A stretch of 64,000 bases of DNA from Sphagnum compactum (Eukaryota). Each line of letters opens with the position of its first letter. The first letter of the stretch is position 1. A model generated the notes under the pieces. It had not been told where the DNA came from and did not search any database. It saw nothing but the letters and a program-made list of their open reading frames with translations. Below are positions 39,985 to 52,608 of this stretch, piece after piece. The stretch spans positions 22,744,213-22,808,212 of the forward strand of contig OZ234493.1 in assembly GCA_965153455.1 (NCBI GenBank), given 5' to 3'. The position numbers were made by a program, and so were the translations under genes.

Positions 39985-40911
39985 ATGCAAATCTCTTGTC
40001 AATTTTCTTGAACATCAAGAGGACGTCTAGCTCTGAGTTTAGTTGCAAAAATTTGTGCCAATTGTAAAGTTTGTTTTCTACTTTCTTTCCTAGACCTTTC
40101 TTCCATTGTAATCATAGATTAGGAAATGGACTTTGTAGTCTCAATTGCTTCCCTTTGCAATTCAAGCTTCAAAGTCTCAATTTTTTCGAGAAGATTCAGT
40201 TAACTTCTTGAAAGCAGATTCCATGTCACCACTCAATTTACGTCTTTTGTTTCCCACAGCTTTGCCAGAAACACCAGGTAAATTTGTTACACATGTATGA
40301 GGCGATTCAGTTGTAGTATTACCTCGAGTGCCCATACTAGATGTGTTAGTAGAAGTGCCAAATCTAGGAATATTGGATGGAAAACATTATGGGGGAGCAC
40401 TCCCACATTGACTTGGCCCTGTATCATCATCTGGTAAATCTTTTTCAATGTTTGGTGCTTGAGAAGATCCAGCATGAGCATAACCCTGATCAAGTCCATT
40501 AGGTGTGCCATCTACCTTTGTTGAACCAAACCCACGAAGTAGTTACAGAACTTGTAACACCTTCTGTTGTTTTTTCTTGAAAATATTTTTTCATCATCTT
40601 GTCCCGTTTGTCATGACACTGAGTTGTTGTCCTTGCACTTTCTACAAGAATATGTGTCACAAGCTTTTTCTGAATGTCTTCCCAATCCTTGACTCGAAAA
40701 GACCCATGGCACACAAATCCAACAAAGTTAACAAAACATCATTTGACCATTGTATTGTCCTCACATCTCTCCTACTTCGTTGAGATAGACTTGGTCGAGC
40801 TATGCCAGATGCATTTGCAAGTAATGCAAGCCTTGTATCTTGAGACCCTTGTGAAGGAGAATGGAGAAGAAGACTCATGTAAGAAAAATCCTTTGGAGGT
40901 GATTGAGACAT
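39985..40911 (-). pseudogene. Harbinger Myb/SANT-like (trihelix) DNA-binding ORF pseudogene
   Basis: W..D....LL...KDWEDI......RTTTQCHDK.DKMMKKY...SWVWFNK trihelix pattern spread over frameshifted ORFs, with a coiled-coil-like C-terminus. Convergent to the transposase. Confidence 0.75.
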
Positions 40912-43839
40912 GTTGAGAAAAGAAGAAGAATTGTGTTTAAGAAGGATTGTGTTTAAGGAAGGACACAATTTTTATTTTTATTTTGAGGTTATGGGCATGT
41001 GGGTTAGCATGTAGAATGTGGGTCTTCTGTGGTAGTAGTAGTATTTTTCTTAAGGGAACGGTGGGCTGTAGCAATTTTTGAATAGGGCAGTCTAGCAAGA
41101 AGAAGCTGAGTGGAGCGGATGTGCAAGTCAGCTTGCACTTCGACCTCTGAGTGGAGCGAAAGAACGGCTGTCAGAGCCACTTTTTGTGGCTGAGTGGACA
41201 AAATTGTGTGCATGTGCGCAGGCTGTCTGCCCCAGGGTTTGAGGTCTTCCTTGTCAAAGTTATTGAAATAGAAAAGAAACCACACTCTTCCAGTGTCGAA
41301 ATCTATGCCAGTCATTAGTACCATGTTTACACCTGGGAGGTTCAGATTTTAAATCTGCTGAACCGCAGCAAAACAGAAATTATAAAAAAAGGAACTTAAA
41401 TTCAAAGAACATTGCTAAGTTCTTTTGCAGAATTTTAAAAACATGTAGAAAGAACCATGCTGCGTGGTTTCAGGCAGAACCATGCAGGGACGAAAAACAT
41501 GTGCAATAAAACAAGCAAAACAAGCGCCCCCACAGAGCTCAATTTTGGGGGGGGGGAGGGATAGATAGCGTCTCCCTTGTTTTTGTAGCTTAGAAAAATC
41601 GATATTTTCATAATAAAAACCAGTGTTGGGTGGGCATCCATTTTGTGTGTATCTTGGTGACTTGATGCCTCTGTTGGCTATCAAGTCACAGAGGCATCAA
41701 GATTCTCATCATTTTGTCAGGTCTCTGCTGAATAATTTAATTTTTAAAATTACATTTTGAGGCATAGAGTTACCCTGAATATGTCAAAAAAGATGCTTCA
41801 TTTTCCTTCACACAAAAATTTCTTTGAGAATAATATAAGTTTTGAAAATTTCAGCATGTCTAAAAATAATATAATTCTTTTGGAACCTGCTATTCAACTA
41901 GGCTACTTTTCCATATTTTAGAATACTTTGCCTTTTGTTTGAATTTCATATTTGAATGAGTGGACTTTTCCAGCCATGTATTTTGTAGCAAAATGGCTCA
42001 CAAACTGAAAGTTTGTGAACAGTTCAGAACTTTTACAGGGCTGCCCATGAACTTATCAGCAGGCAAAAGTTTTTATCTTCAGTTCTCACCATCAAAAATT
42101 TCAAACGTGTTGTCCTCAGATTGGAGAAAATGGAATTTGTGGTTTTTGGGGCAGAAATGAGATTAAGCTATCAAAGCTTGCAAGAGACCCACCAATTGCA
42201 AGGAGGTTCAGTAATACTATATCTTAAAATATGCCAGTTTCCACTTTCCAAGTCCCTGCAAAAGGTGCCTACTAGCTCATTCTTCCTTTACTTGGTGTTG
42301 GTATTATATGCTCCAAACAAAAGGTAATTGTTGTACTAGCCACCAAGGGCATGAAACCAGGAACATTGTAATGCTCTAGGAGACTAGGGTTGCAAAAAGA
42401 CTATGTTTTCAATCCGTTGAAAAACTCGTGCAAGGAATTTTTTAAAAAACCTTCTAAAGGTATGGTCAAGCCCTGAATGTCAATAAAGTGTTGTCGTGAA
42501 TCACAAAATTTATTCTAACATTGCAAGTTATCATCAACTTCCTAAACATTATTTTACCATGTTCACATGTGATGTGATTTAAAAATTAATATTGACATCA
42601 TTTCTGGAGTTTGCAATTTAATCCACACCTACAAAAATAGTTTTTGTTGTTTTCTTTCTGAAAGAAGATAGACAAGGGTACATGCTAAACATTGTGATTT
42701 TGTCAAACTTTAGTTAACATCAATGTTGGGCTCTAAATTTTACTTTTTTTCCAAAATTTAATGTTGATTATAACATTGTAAGTGTAAACTAGTGGCTAAT
42801 TTTAAGATTCTTAACACTAAATTTAACACCGGAACTAACACCAGGTGTGACCTGCCTAAAGTTATGCATGTTCCCAACATTTTATATCCTTTTTCTTGGC
42901 TCATCCTAACTGAGGCCTTCCCAAGAAGTAACCGGTTTTGATGTCCTATGCAGGCAACAATAGATTGTTCCACCAGGCTCACTTCATTCGAGTACGAACA
43001 ACAGCCTGGTGGGATTATGTGACCCAGTACCTACCAGAGTTGTAGCACCCCATACCTATTACGATTCTTATTAATTATATAGTTCATGGGTACACTCACA
43101 ACTTTTTTTCGTTTTTTTTTCAAAGGAGCCATATTGATTGGGCCATCAGCAAATTTCTTTGGAACATTGGGCATGCCCCAATAAAAGCACCTCTTTTGGA
43201 CCTCCAGTTGCAAGATAGAAACAAATGTGCTACCCCTGGATTTCATCTTTGCAGTTTATATACATGGGAGTTGAACTTTGGGCAAACCATATGGGATAAA
43301 ACTGAGGTGTTACCATTTGGAATATCTTGGGGAATATATTTGGGAACAGTTTGGGAACAAGAGAAAAAAACAAAAAATCCCTTCTCCCCCCACCCACTCC
43401 TCAAAAAGAAAATAAAATTGTACAATTCATGAGTGCATGCTAAGCCTTCCCATTGGCTACATGAAATTTCTCTTTCCAAAATTGTTCCTCACCATTTTTC
43501 ACTTGGGCTAACCCCCTTCCAAGAGCTGGGGTACCTAATAGGTGACCCAAGGCTGGAGTGAACCAGCAGCCACCAATGCACCAGTTGAGGATGAGGCCAT
43601 TCAAGCCGTTTTGGGGATGAACCAAAAACACATCCTCCCCTGCCCATAGTTTTTGGTTTTTTCAACCTTTTCTCTGCCCCAAAGTTTTTCTCTCCTACCT
43701 ACCTCCCTCCTCCTATCTACCTCACCTCATTTTGCGCTCACTCCATCGTCAGAACTTGAAGCGGGAGCCAAGACAGAGCCAGAGCAGGAGCTTGAAGGTA
43801 AGCTCCCTCCTTTTTCTTCATTTTTTTTGGTTATTTTTT

Positions 43840-45420
43840 CTTTGGTTCTGTTGTAGTGAAGAAGGCGACGACATCAAACTGCTATCGCCTTCTTCTTTTT
43901 GGTTTTGTTGCATCGAAGGAGGCGACGGCAATAGTTGCCGTCACCTTTTTCTTTGGTTATGTTGCAACGAAGAAGGCTACAACAGCTGTTGTCGTCACCT
44001 TTTTTTCTTTAGTTCTATTGCAATGAGGAAGGCAACAGTAGTTGATGTTGTCGCCTTCTTCTTTTTGGTTCTATTGCACTGAAGAAAACGACGGCAACAA
44101 GCTGTCGTCATTGTCGTTTTCTTTTTGGTTTTGTTGCAGCGAAAAGGCAACAGCAGCTACTGCCGTTGCCTTCTTCTTTGGTTCTGTTGTAGCAAAGAAG
44201 GCGATGGCAGCTATTGCCATCGCCTTCTTCTTTGGTTCTGTTATAACGAAGAAGGCGACAAAAGGTGCTGCCATCCCCTTCTTCTTTGACTCTATTGCAG
44301 CAAAGAAGGCAATGGCAGTTATTGTCGTCGCCTTCTTCTTTATGCTTATGTTATAGCGAAGAAGGCAGCAATAGCTGTTGCCGTCGCCTTCTTCTTTGGT
44401 TATGTTACAATGAAGAAGGCGACAGCAGCTGCCTTCACCTTTTTCTTGCTGCCATTGCCTTCTCCTTTTTGGTTCTGTTGCAGCGCAGAAGGCAACAACA
44501 GTAGCTATTGTTGCCTTCTTTTTGTTGTCATCGCCTTCTTCTTTTTGGTTCTGTTGCAACGAAGATGGTGACTGTCGCAACCCTAACCTTGGGCTTGCGA
44601 CCAAGGGAAGGGCTTGTAAAGGTGTGAGCCAAGAATGAAGCCTAGGAATCACATTTCATGCTCCCGAAAACGTAGGAGAATGTGAGGGAATGAACCCCGA
44701 CACTCCCAAGTGAACTCTCATTTTGGGAGTTGGAGTCCTAATAGATTCCTGAACCTTCAAAGGGCGATTGTAAAGGTCAAAACCCATTGGATTGAAAATT
44801 TCTTTATAATATTGGAAAGTTCTTGGAACGTAGATGTCTAAAATGGGCTCACATGACTCATTTGGGTACTTAAAATATGACTTATGGCCAAAAGAAGGGT
44901 CGAGTGACTTTTGACACTAAAAGTCAAAAATCGCCCTGATTTCCTTGCGTGCAAGTAGCGTGACAAATACCGTTGGAAAGATCTCAATGAGGGCTACAAC
45001 TTTGCTTTAGATGCACCTCAATTGGAGGTCTGTACACACAGTTACGAGCCCCCAAATATGCGAGAGTTCCAATTTAGGGAATTTCGGGGTTCCAACATGG
45101 GAGTCCCGAGACAAAATGACATTTGGGTGTTGGCCCCATGGCCAAGCGCAGATAATACTATAAGGGAGAAGGTGATGGCTTCCCCCAAGCTGTTGTTGTC
45201 ACCTTTTTTATTTATTTTATTGCAGAAAAGAAGAAGACGACGATAACTTCCATCACCTTCTTCGATGGCTTTGCTGCAAAAAATGGTGATGGTAACTACC
45301 ATCACCTTTTTTGGTGGTTTTGCTACGAAGAAGGTGACGGCAACAATGTCGTCGCCTTCTTCTACGGTGGTGGTGTTGTGAAGAAAGTGATGGCAATAGG
45401 CAGTCACCTTCTTTCTTATT
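43840..45420. repeat. Degenerate low-complexity repeat array (gaagaaggcgacggcaa / gtcgccttcttctttggttctgttgc units) in MULE copy A
   Basis: Dozens of short hairpin-forming units, each gaagaaggcgac...gtcgccttcttc. Interrupted by the 44573-45190 insert. Confidence 0.85.
44573..45190 (+). mobile_element. Truncated LTR-like interspersed repeat nested in MULE copy A
   Basis: Abrupt compositional break starting TGTCGCAACCCTAACCTTGGGCTTGCGACCAAGG (TG start with short hairpin). The low-complexity array resumes after ...ggcttcccccaag. No CA end or TSD found. Confidence 0.55.
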
Positions 45421-45514
45421 TTCTTTTCCTTCTTCTTTGGTCCTTTTGGCATAGTTCATAAGAATTGACAATTAACAATGAAATGGTGGTTTTTTTTTAA
45501 TGCTGAAGGTTATA

Positions 45515-46959
45515 ATGGCTAGAGGGAGGAAATTGAAAAAAGGTGGTGGTGATTTGGAAGCTCATAAGCAAAATGTTGCTTCATCATAACAGACAATTGG
45601 GAAGCAAAATGTTAATCCATGATAACTTGGACTTGGGGAGCAAAATGTTGCTCCATCAGAACTAAGAATTAATGAATCAAGCAATTTATGTGGCTTAGAG
45701 TTGGCAATGGTGACAGTTTACAATTCAATTGGTGATGTCACTCTCAATATAGATTGGGAATTTCGATTGAAAAATGGTGGGTTAGATTGTTTTGGAATTT
45801 ACATACATAAGATTAAATGCAAATGAAAAAAATTGTACAAGTTTTTTTAAGTTTAATTATATCCGCACCTTCCATCATTTGATTGAAGGTGCGGGATTTT
45901 TTTTGTGAATTTTTTTATATTGTAATACCTGAAAACAGTTAGAGTTTGCAAGAGTTGTATCTGATTGTGTGATTTTATGTTTTGCAATACCTACATTCTG
46001 TTTTTTGAACTCTTTATGTGTAAGGTTTTAAGGTTAGGATTTTTTATTACAAAGTAATGAATTTTTTTTATATTTCTTGGTTTAGGTCCGGAACTTGTAT
46101 TCGACCAGGCCTTTCAGCCATTAGCACCTCCTTGTCCACCTAATATGGCTCGGAAAGACAAAGAATGGACGAAAGTTAGGTTGAAATGGAAATGTAAAGT
46201 TAGCACTTGCATTGTCGCATATTGTGCCAAATGGTTGTTGACCAAACATTTGAAGGAGGTGCATGGCTTAGTGGCAGAAAAGGCCAAACCTAGGAGGCCT
46301 TCAACTTCTGAAGGAGGTCCTCGACATGAAGACCATTCTAAAATGAACGTTCGCATCTTGGGAATGCCATGGTTGTGCAAAGGCAAAATGACCAAAAGGT
46401 TGCTAGTCATGCTCATGCGAGTGGGATAAGCTGGTAATTGTTATAAAATAATGTCCACCATTCCCAAAACTAATTTTGGTCAAATTAACTTCAGAGCGAC
46501 TGTTGTAGGTGTTAGGTTTTAATGCCTAGGGTGTGGGAATCGTGCTTCAAGATGCAACATCACGAATGGAGAATGATGAAAATTTACAAGAGATGATTCG
46601 ATCCATCCATTTTGCATATGCACGATAATTGAAAATGGCATGGGATGTCAAAAATTGGGATCAAGAGTCTAAGAAAGTAAGTCGGACAGAAAAGTTGATA
46701 AATGTATTGGATTTCCATGAATCTAGAATGATTCGTGGAAGGTAAGAAACAATAATAATCAATGTTTATTTTTTTATATAATTTTGTTTCATCCAAGGTG
46801 TGTTAGGGTTTAATTTGGTGGTTTTTGGGTGTTTATAGGGTTCAGGAAACAACAAAGGAAAAATTTGTTGCAAATGTAGTTCAGGTTGAGATGCAACGCC
46901 GCCATCTGTACACTGCTCGTCATGTAGCAAAGGCTGCAGATGCAACAACTACTTTTTAA
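45515..46959 (+). pseudogene. MULE accessory gene: C2H2 zinc finger plus helical domain, three exons, disrupted
   Basis: Exons ~45515-45780, 46086-46741 and 46839-46959 with GT-AG introns. Begins MARGRKLKKGGG (NLS-like) and contains WKCKVSTCIVAYCAKWLLTKHLKEVHG (C2H2). Stops and frameshifts are present. Antisense to the transposase direction of the family. Confidence 0.7.
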
Positions 46960-47320
46960 GTTAAACATGGGATTGTAGATAATCATATGGTTTAGGGTTG
47001 CATTTTATATAATTAGCTAGGTTTTTTCAGCCCTTTCATTTTTTAAACTACCCAAGTTTTGAACTTTAATCCTTTGATAGAGAACCTTTTTTTTCATTGG
47101 GTTCTTTAATATTTTTTGATCCACCCATAGTTGTACATCTTTTATCAATATAATATTTTCTTCGAATCACACTTATTTGATGGGTATATAGTTAATCATA
47201 TATGTCTTCTTTTTCATAATCTTTTTAGTACTTTAGATGTAAGAATCAAAACTTAAATAAGCCCATATGAATAGGTAACATTAATTTGTCTAGGGTTTAT
47301 AAAGATCAAAATGAACATTA

Positions 47321-47536
47321 TGCAATACCTACATATTTTCTATTATAATTTTCATAAAGCCATTTCAAATATGCAATACCCGCATATAGGTTTGGTAATA
47401 GTGGCTGGTTTTTTACATCCATTGTAATACCTGCATATAGGTTTTGTAATAATGGTTGATTTTTTACATCCATTGCAATACCCGCATGTAGGTCCATAAA
47501 TAGTTATTGATTTTTAACATCTTTTGCAATACTTGC
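47321..47536 (-). repeat. Phased motif array 1 (TGYAATACYYRCAT x5, 51-bp period)
   Basis: Core yaatac at 47323, 47374, 47425, 47476 and 47527. Confidence 0.85.
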
Positions 47537-47929
47537 ATATAGGTTTCCATTGTAATGTTTATGGGACTTATATGACATAATAATCTAGCCTAAGTATCAA
47601 CAAATAATGTCATTATTAAGGAATGACTATAAATAAATTTCAGATAATGTAAATGATTTATTATCATATTTAAACAATCATTTATTTTTTAATATTAATT
47701 AACTAATTATTTGGTGAACCTTAATTATTCAAATAATTAAAATTTAGATCTAAAAATCAAATTAATAATTTGATATTTAATTTATTAATTTAATTAGATT
47801 TTTTATGTTGATAAGTTACTCAAATCATTATTTTAAATAATTATTCATGATAATTAATTGTCATAAAATTAATTTAGGTATATAAAGAGACATATTTTGG
47901 GTACCCAAACCATTTATTTGAAGTGGCCT

Positions 47930-48185
47930 TACATGTGGTATTACATTTAAGGTTGATTATTCACCTAAGGTTGTCTAAATCACCTATGGATTATTTCAAA
48001 ATGAATTCACTTGCAAGTATTGCATATAAGCATTGGTTTTCATTGAAAGGACACCCAAACTATGTACTGGTTATTTCGAAATGACCCTACATGTGGGTAT
48101 TGCATTTAAGGTTGGGTCTACACCTCAGGTTATTTAAATCACCTAAAGGTTATATTGAAATGAACTTGAATATGGGTATTACATT
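47930..48185 (+). repeat. Phased motif array 2 (RTGYRRGTATTRC x4, ~79-80-bp period)
   Basis: Core gtatt at 47938, 48017, 48097 and 48176. Confidence 0.8.
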
Positions 48186-51100
48186 TAGGGAAACACAAAA
48201 AAAGTATATTTAGTACTATTTGGTAATATTTCCAAATTAAGTTTTTTCACTTTCTTTAAAAAAATATAACATGACATTGCATTGTTTTATATATGTTTAA
48301 GCCCTAAAAATTCTGCCCAAAATGCACCCTAAATTTAATTTAATTATTATAGACTTGTAAAAAATGTTAATTAATTTATATGTCCTAAACTCTAAACCTA
48401 AACTGTAATTCTAACATTAAGTAGTAAATTTTACATTAAACCCTAACCCCTTCTATCATCAATGTGACCAATTTACATTATGTTCATTTTTATATACGTT
48501 AAATCGTACTATAAGATGAATATATAATTTTGAAAACATGAATTTCATGATGTATTGGCAGGGAATCAAATATTTTAAAAATATTTTTATGTTTCATGGT
48601 TAATGAATTATCACAATATGATATGGGTATTGCATTTAAACAAAAGTGGGTTAAGAAATGTTGAACTTTAACAACTATGGAACATATGGAAACAAAGGAG
48701 ATTCATAATTATATTATAGATCTAAACAAGTGATAAAATCAAAAACCAATACAATGAGTAAAATCTAGAATATAAACCTTAAGCCTTGATGTATATGATC
48801 TAAATTCTTAAACATTAAATCGTAAGACATAATCCTAAAAATCCAAATGATGTTTTCCATAAGCCTTATTACAACCCTAACTATAGAAACCTTAACAAAA
48901 AATAATCCTAGTGATATATGCCCTAAACCCAAAAACTATACAAACTATACAAATTATATAATGCAAAACAAAAAAATTTATAAAAACCATAGGAAAAAAT
49001 TTAGAAACCAAAATTTAAAGCTTTTGAACTACAAAGATTTATTCACCGAAAAAAACTTTAATCTTAAAAAAAAATTAAATAAATTTTGTAAAAAACCAAA
49101 AGAAAAGATATGACTCTTACCTTTGTGTGATCTTTCCAAACTAATTTTTTCCACTCTCTTTGAAAAATATATAAAATGAAATTTTACTACTTCATATATG
49201 TCTAAACCTTAAAATTTCCCCCCAAATTTAGCCTATTTTAGGTTAATTACTATAGATTTGTGAAAAATTTACTAACTAATTTATGTGTCCCAACCTTCAA
49301 CCTAAACCATAATCTAATAGTACATACTTATAATAATTACATGAAAAGATGTATTGTAATGTCCATTCTATAAATAAATTATGTAAACAAAATTTAGGAA
49401 AATATGCATTAACTAAACCAAAATGGCTGCAATTATGACATTGTTTCCACTATAAATTGTTTGTAATAATTATATATGGGGACCTATGTTCATCATCCAT
49501 GAATTAGGGCGAACTTTAATAAATTGATAGGTAAGATTGGGGGGCTAGGGGGTGGGAAAAATAAGTAGGTAATTAGTTAGGTATTTGGTTATAGATAGGT
49601 AAGAAGGTGGGTGCATAGGTAGGTAAATAGGTAGATAGGTACGTAGTTGGGTTAGTGGGCAAGTTAGTAAATAGAAAGGAAGTTCAAGGAGCAAGGTAGA
49701 TAGGCTACTAGAGTAAGTAGGCAAGTTAGTAGGTAGGAAACAAGTTACATTAGAAGGTAGCTAGGTAGATAGGCAAGTTAGTACGTAGAAAACAAGTTAC
49801 CTTATCAAGGTGACTAGGTTTGTAAAATACTTATGTCAATAGGGTGGTTGTGTATATAGGGTTGCTAAATAGTAATGTAACTAGGTCAGTAAAGTAAGTA
49901 GTTAGTACAATGGTTAAGTCAGTAGGAAAGTTAAATTAGTAGGGTATGTAGCTAACAAGGTAGTTAAGTTAGTAGGGTAGGTAGTTAGTATAATAGTTAG
50001 GCCAGTAGTATAACTAGTTATTAAAGTAATTATGTCAGTAGGGGATAATTAGTAAGGTACCAAGGTTGGTACAATATTTATGAAGGTAGGAAGGTGAGTA
50101 GGGTAGCTATGTGTGAGGTCAGATCCAGGGGAAAAAAAGCAAGAACAAACCAAAAAAAAAAAAACCAGTGGTTAGCAGCAAAAAGAAATGGACTGTGATG
50201 AATCCCATCTGACGTCAAATGAAAAACGTAGGCCATCCAATGGATAGAATGACCAACTGGTGCATTGATGGTTGTTGCTTCACTCTGGCCGGTGACCTAA
50301 GACCAAAATGAACCAACAGCCACCGGTGCATTAAATCTTCGTTCTGTTCATAGATGGGATATGATTCTTCATTTTGCACTAGATGGGGTTCATCACAATC
50401 CATCTTTTTTGGGTGCTGACCATTGTACTTAGTTTTTTTTTTTTTTTTTGTTCTTTGCTGTTTTTTCCTTGGACCTAACCTAGCACATAGCTACCTTACT
50501 CACCTTCCTACCCTCATACGTATTGCACAGACCTTGGTACCCTATTAATTGCCTCCATAATGACATATCTACCTTCCTAACCTAGCTACTATACTAATTA
50601 TTTGTTTTACTAACCTAACTACCCTTTTAACTACATACCCTATTGACTTCACTTCCCTACTGACCTAGTTACCTTACTAACTAGTAACCCTATACACACA
50701 ACCACCCTATTGACATAAGTACCTTACAAACCTAGCCACCTTGATAAGGTAGCTTCTTTCCTACATACTAACTTGCCTATCTACCTAACTACCTTGTTAA
50801 TGTTACTTCCTTCCTACTTACTAACTTACCTACCTACATGCCTACTTACCCTAATAACCTACCTACCTTGACCTTGAACTTCCTTTCTACTTACTAACCT
50901 ACCAACATATATACCTACTTACTTACCTACGTATGCATCCACCTTCCTACCTACCACTATGCTCACTTATCTACATTTTTTACATAGCCAAATACCTAAC
51001 CAATTATTTACTCACTTTTCCCACACCCCACCGCCCCCCCCCCCCAATCCTATCTATCAAAATATTAAAGTTCGCCTTAGTTCATGGATGATGAACATAG

Positions 51101-52257
51101 ATCCCCATATGTAGGTATTATAAACAATTTATAGTGGAAACAATATCATAATTGCAACCATGTTGGTTTAGTTAATTCATATTTTGTTAGGTTTTGTTCA
51201 CCTAATTTATTTAAGGAATGGACACTACAATACATCTTTTCATGTAATTTTTATATGTACTATTGGATTATGGTTTAGGTTTAGGGTTTACAACACATAA
51301 ATTAATTACCAAATTTTTCACAAATCTATAGTTATTACCCTAAACTAAGCTAAATTTAGGGGGAAAATTTTAGGGTTTAAACATATGTGAAGCAGAATAA
51401 TTTCATTCCATATCTTCTTCAAAGAAAGTGGGAAACATTAGTTGGGGAGATCACACAAGGGTAAGAGACATACCTTCTCTTTTGGTTTTTTTACAAAATT
51501 TATTTCATTTTTTTGAAAATTATGGTTAATTCTTCTAGTCAGGAAATATTTGTAATTTAAAAGTTTTAAAATTTGGTTTCTGAAATTTTTTATATATTCT
51601 TTTTTTTAATTACATTATATAATTTGTATAATTTGTGTAGTTTTTTAGGTTTAGGGCATATATCATTAGGATAGTTTTTTTATAGGGTTTGTATAGTTAA
51701 AGTTTTAATAGAGCTCATGGCAAAATATCATTTGGATTTTTAAGGTTAAGCCTTATGATTTATGGTTTAGGAATTTGGTCCATATATTTTACGGCTTAAG
51801 GTTTATACTCTAGACATTATTCATTGTATTGGTTTTTGATCTTAATTGTTTATATCTATAACATAATTGATTCTCCTTTGTTCCATATGTTCCATAGTTA
51901 TTAGAGTTTAATATTTTTTAACCCACTTTTGTATGAGTTATGAACTTTTAATGTTATATTTTCAATTAGGACTATAAACTTTGGTGGAGTGTTGTCATCT
52001 TTTATCCCTAAAGGTATGCATTTGTCTCTTGCAACTTCTTTTTTTTGTGTTTATATTTTCACAATTCAACCTCTTTTCATTTCTTAACTATTGGATATAG
52101 AATGGGAGTCAAGTTTCATTAAATATACAACCATAAATAAAAGTGTTATACCTTTAGTTGGGTATTTCATATTCAATATCTTTTTACAGTTTGATTTTTT
52201 AGTACCCAAATGCAAATAATGCATTTATTCCCCATAACCAACATGGTTTATGGCCTA

Positions 52258-52571
52258 AGGCAGGTATTGCATTTTGCACTCGTCAAACAATGTGCATTAA
52301 TGATCATTATGTGGGTATTGCTTCATGGGGCTTTAGACATTATGGGTTTAAAGTATAATGTGGGTATTGCATATGTGAACATCTTCAATGATGGAGGGTT
52401 TAATAGCTTAATGCGGGTATTGTCAAAGTTTGTTTTGGTGTATGAGTTCATAATGCAAGTATTGTATGTGATGTACATTGGAACAATAGGTATTTTATAT
52501 CATGATATGGGTATTGCAATGGGAATTCCAAGTCATAGTGTTGATTTTAAAAGACCCGTGTAGGTATTGCA
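52258..52571 (+). repeat. Phased motif array 3 (RTGYRRGTATTG x7, mostly 49-53-bp period, dissimilar spacers) just upstream of the transposase
   Basis: Core gtattg at 52264, 52315, 52364, 52417, 52459, 52511 and 52564. Confidence 0.8.
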
Positions 52572-52608
52572 TTTTGGGATTTTGTTCAATGACGAATTTT
52601 TTAAAATT

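Larger units (their letters stand above)
37960..41235. mobile_element. Decayed PIF/Harbinger DNA transposon with two convergent ORFs
   Basis: DDE_Tnp_4-like transposase on + and Myb/SANT-like ORF on -. Candidate imperfect TIRs ctgggcctgacag (37960) and ctgtctgccccag (41223-41235), with GC-rich subterminal regions. Exact ends and TSD are uncertain. Confidence 0.8.
43551..50290 (-). mobile_element. Mutator-like element copy A (lacks transposase, keeps accessory gene)
   Basis: Terminus ggctggagtgaaccagcagccaccaatgcacc at 43551 and its inverted counterpart ggtgcattgatggttgttgcttcactctggcc ending at 50290. 10-bp TSD ggtgacccaa (43541-43550) / ggtgacctaa (50291-50300). Confidence 0.85.

Noticed and set aside
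44071-44652. 193-aa ORF and overlapping ORFs in 43653-45471
   Set aside because: Translations of a low-complexity repeat and an LTR-like fragment. Open in several frames with no domain.
52258-52571. CRISPR-like look (short repeat with dissimilar spacers)
   Set aside because: The repeat is only ~13 bp and degenerate, the context is a eukaryotic transposon, and there are no cas genes.
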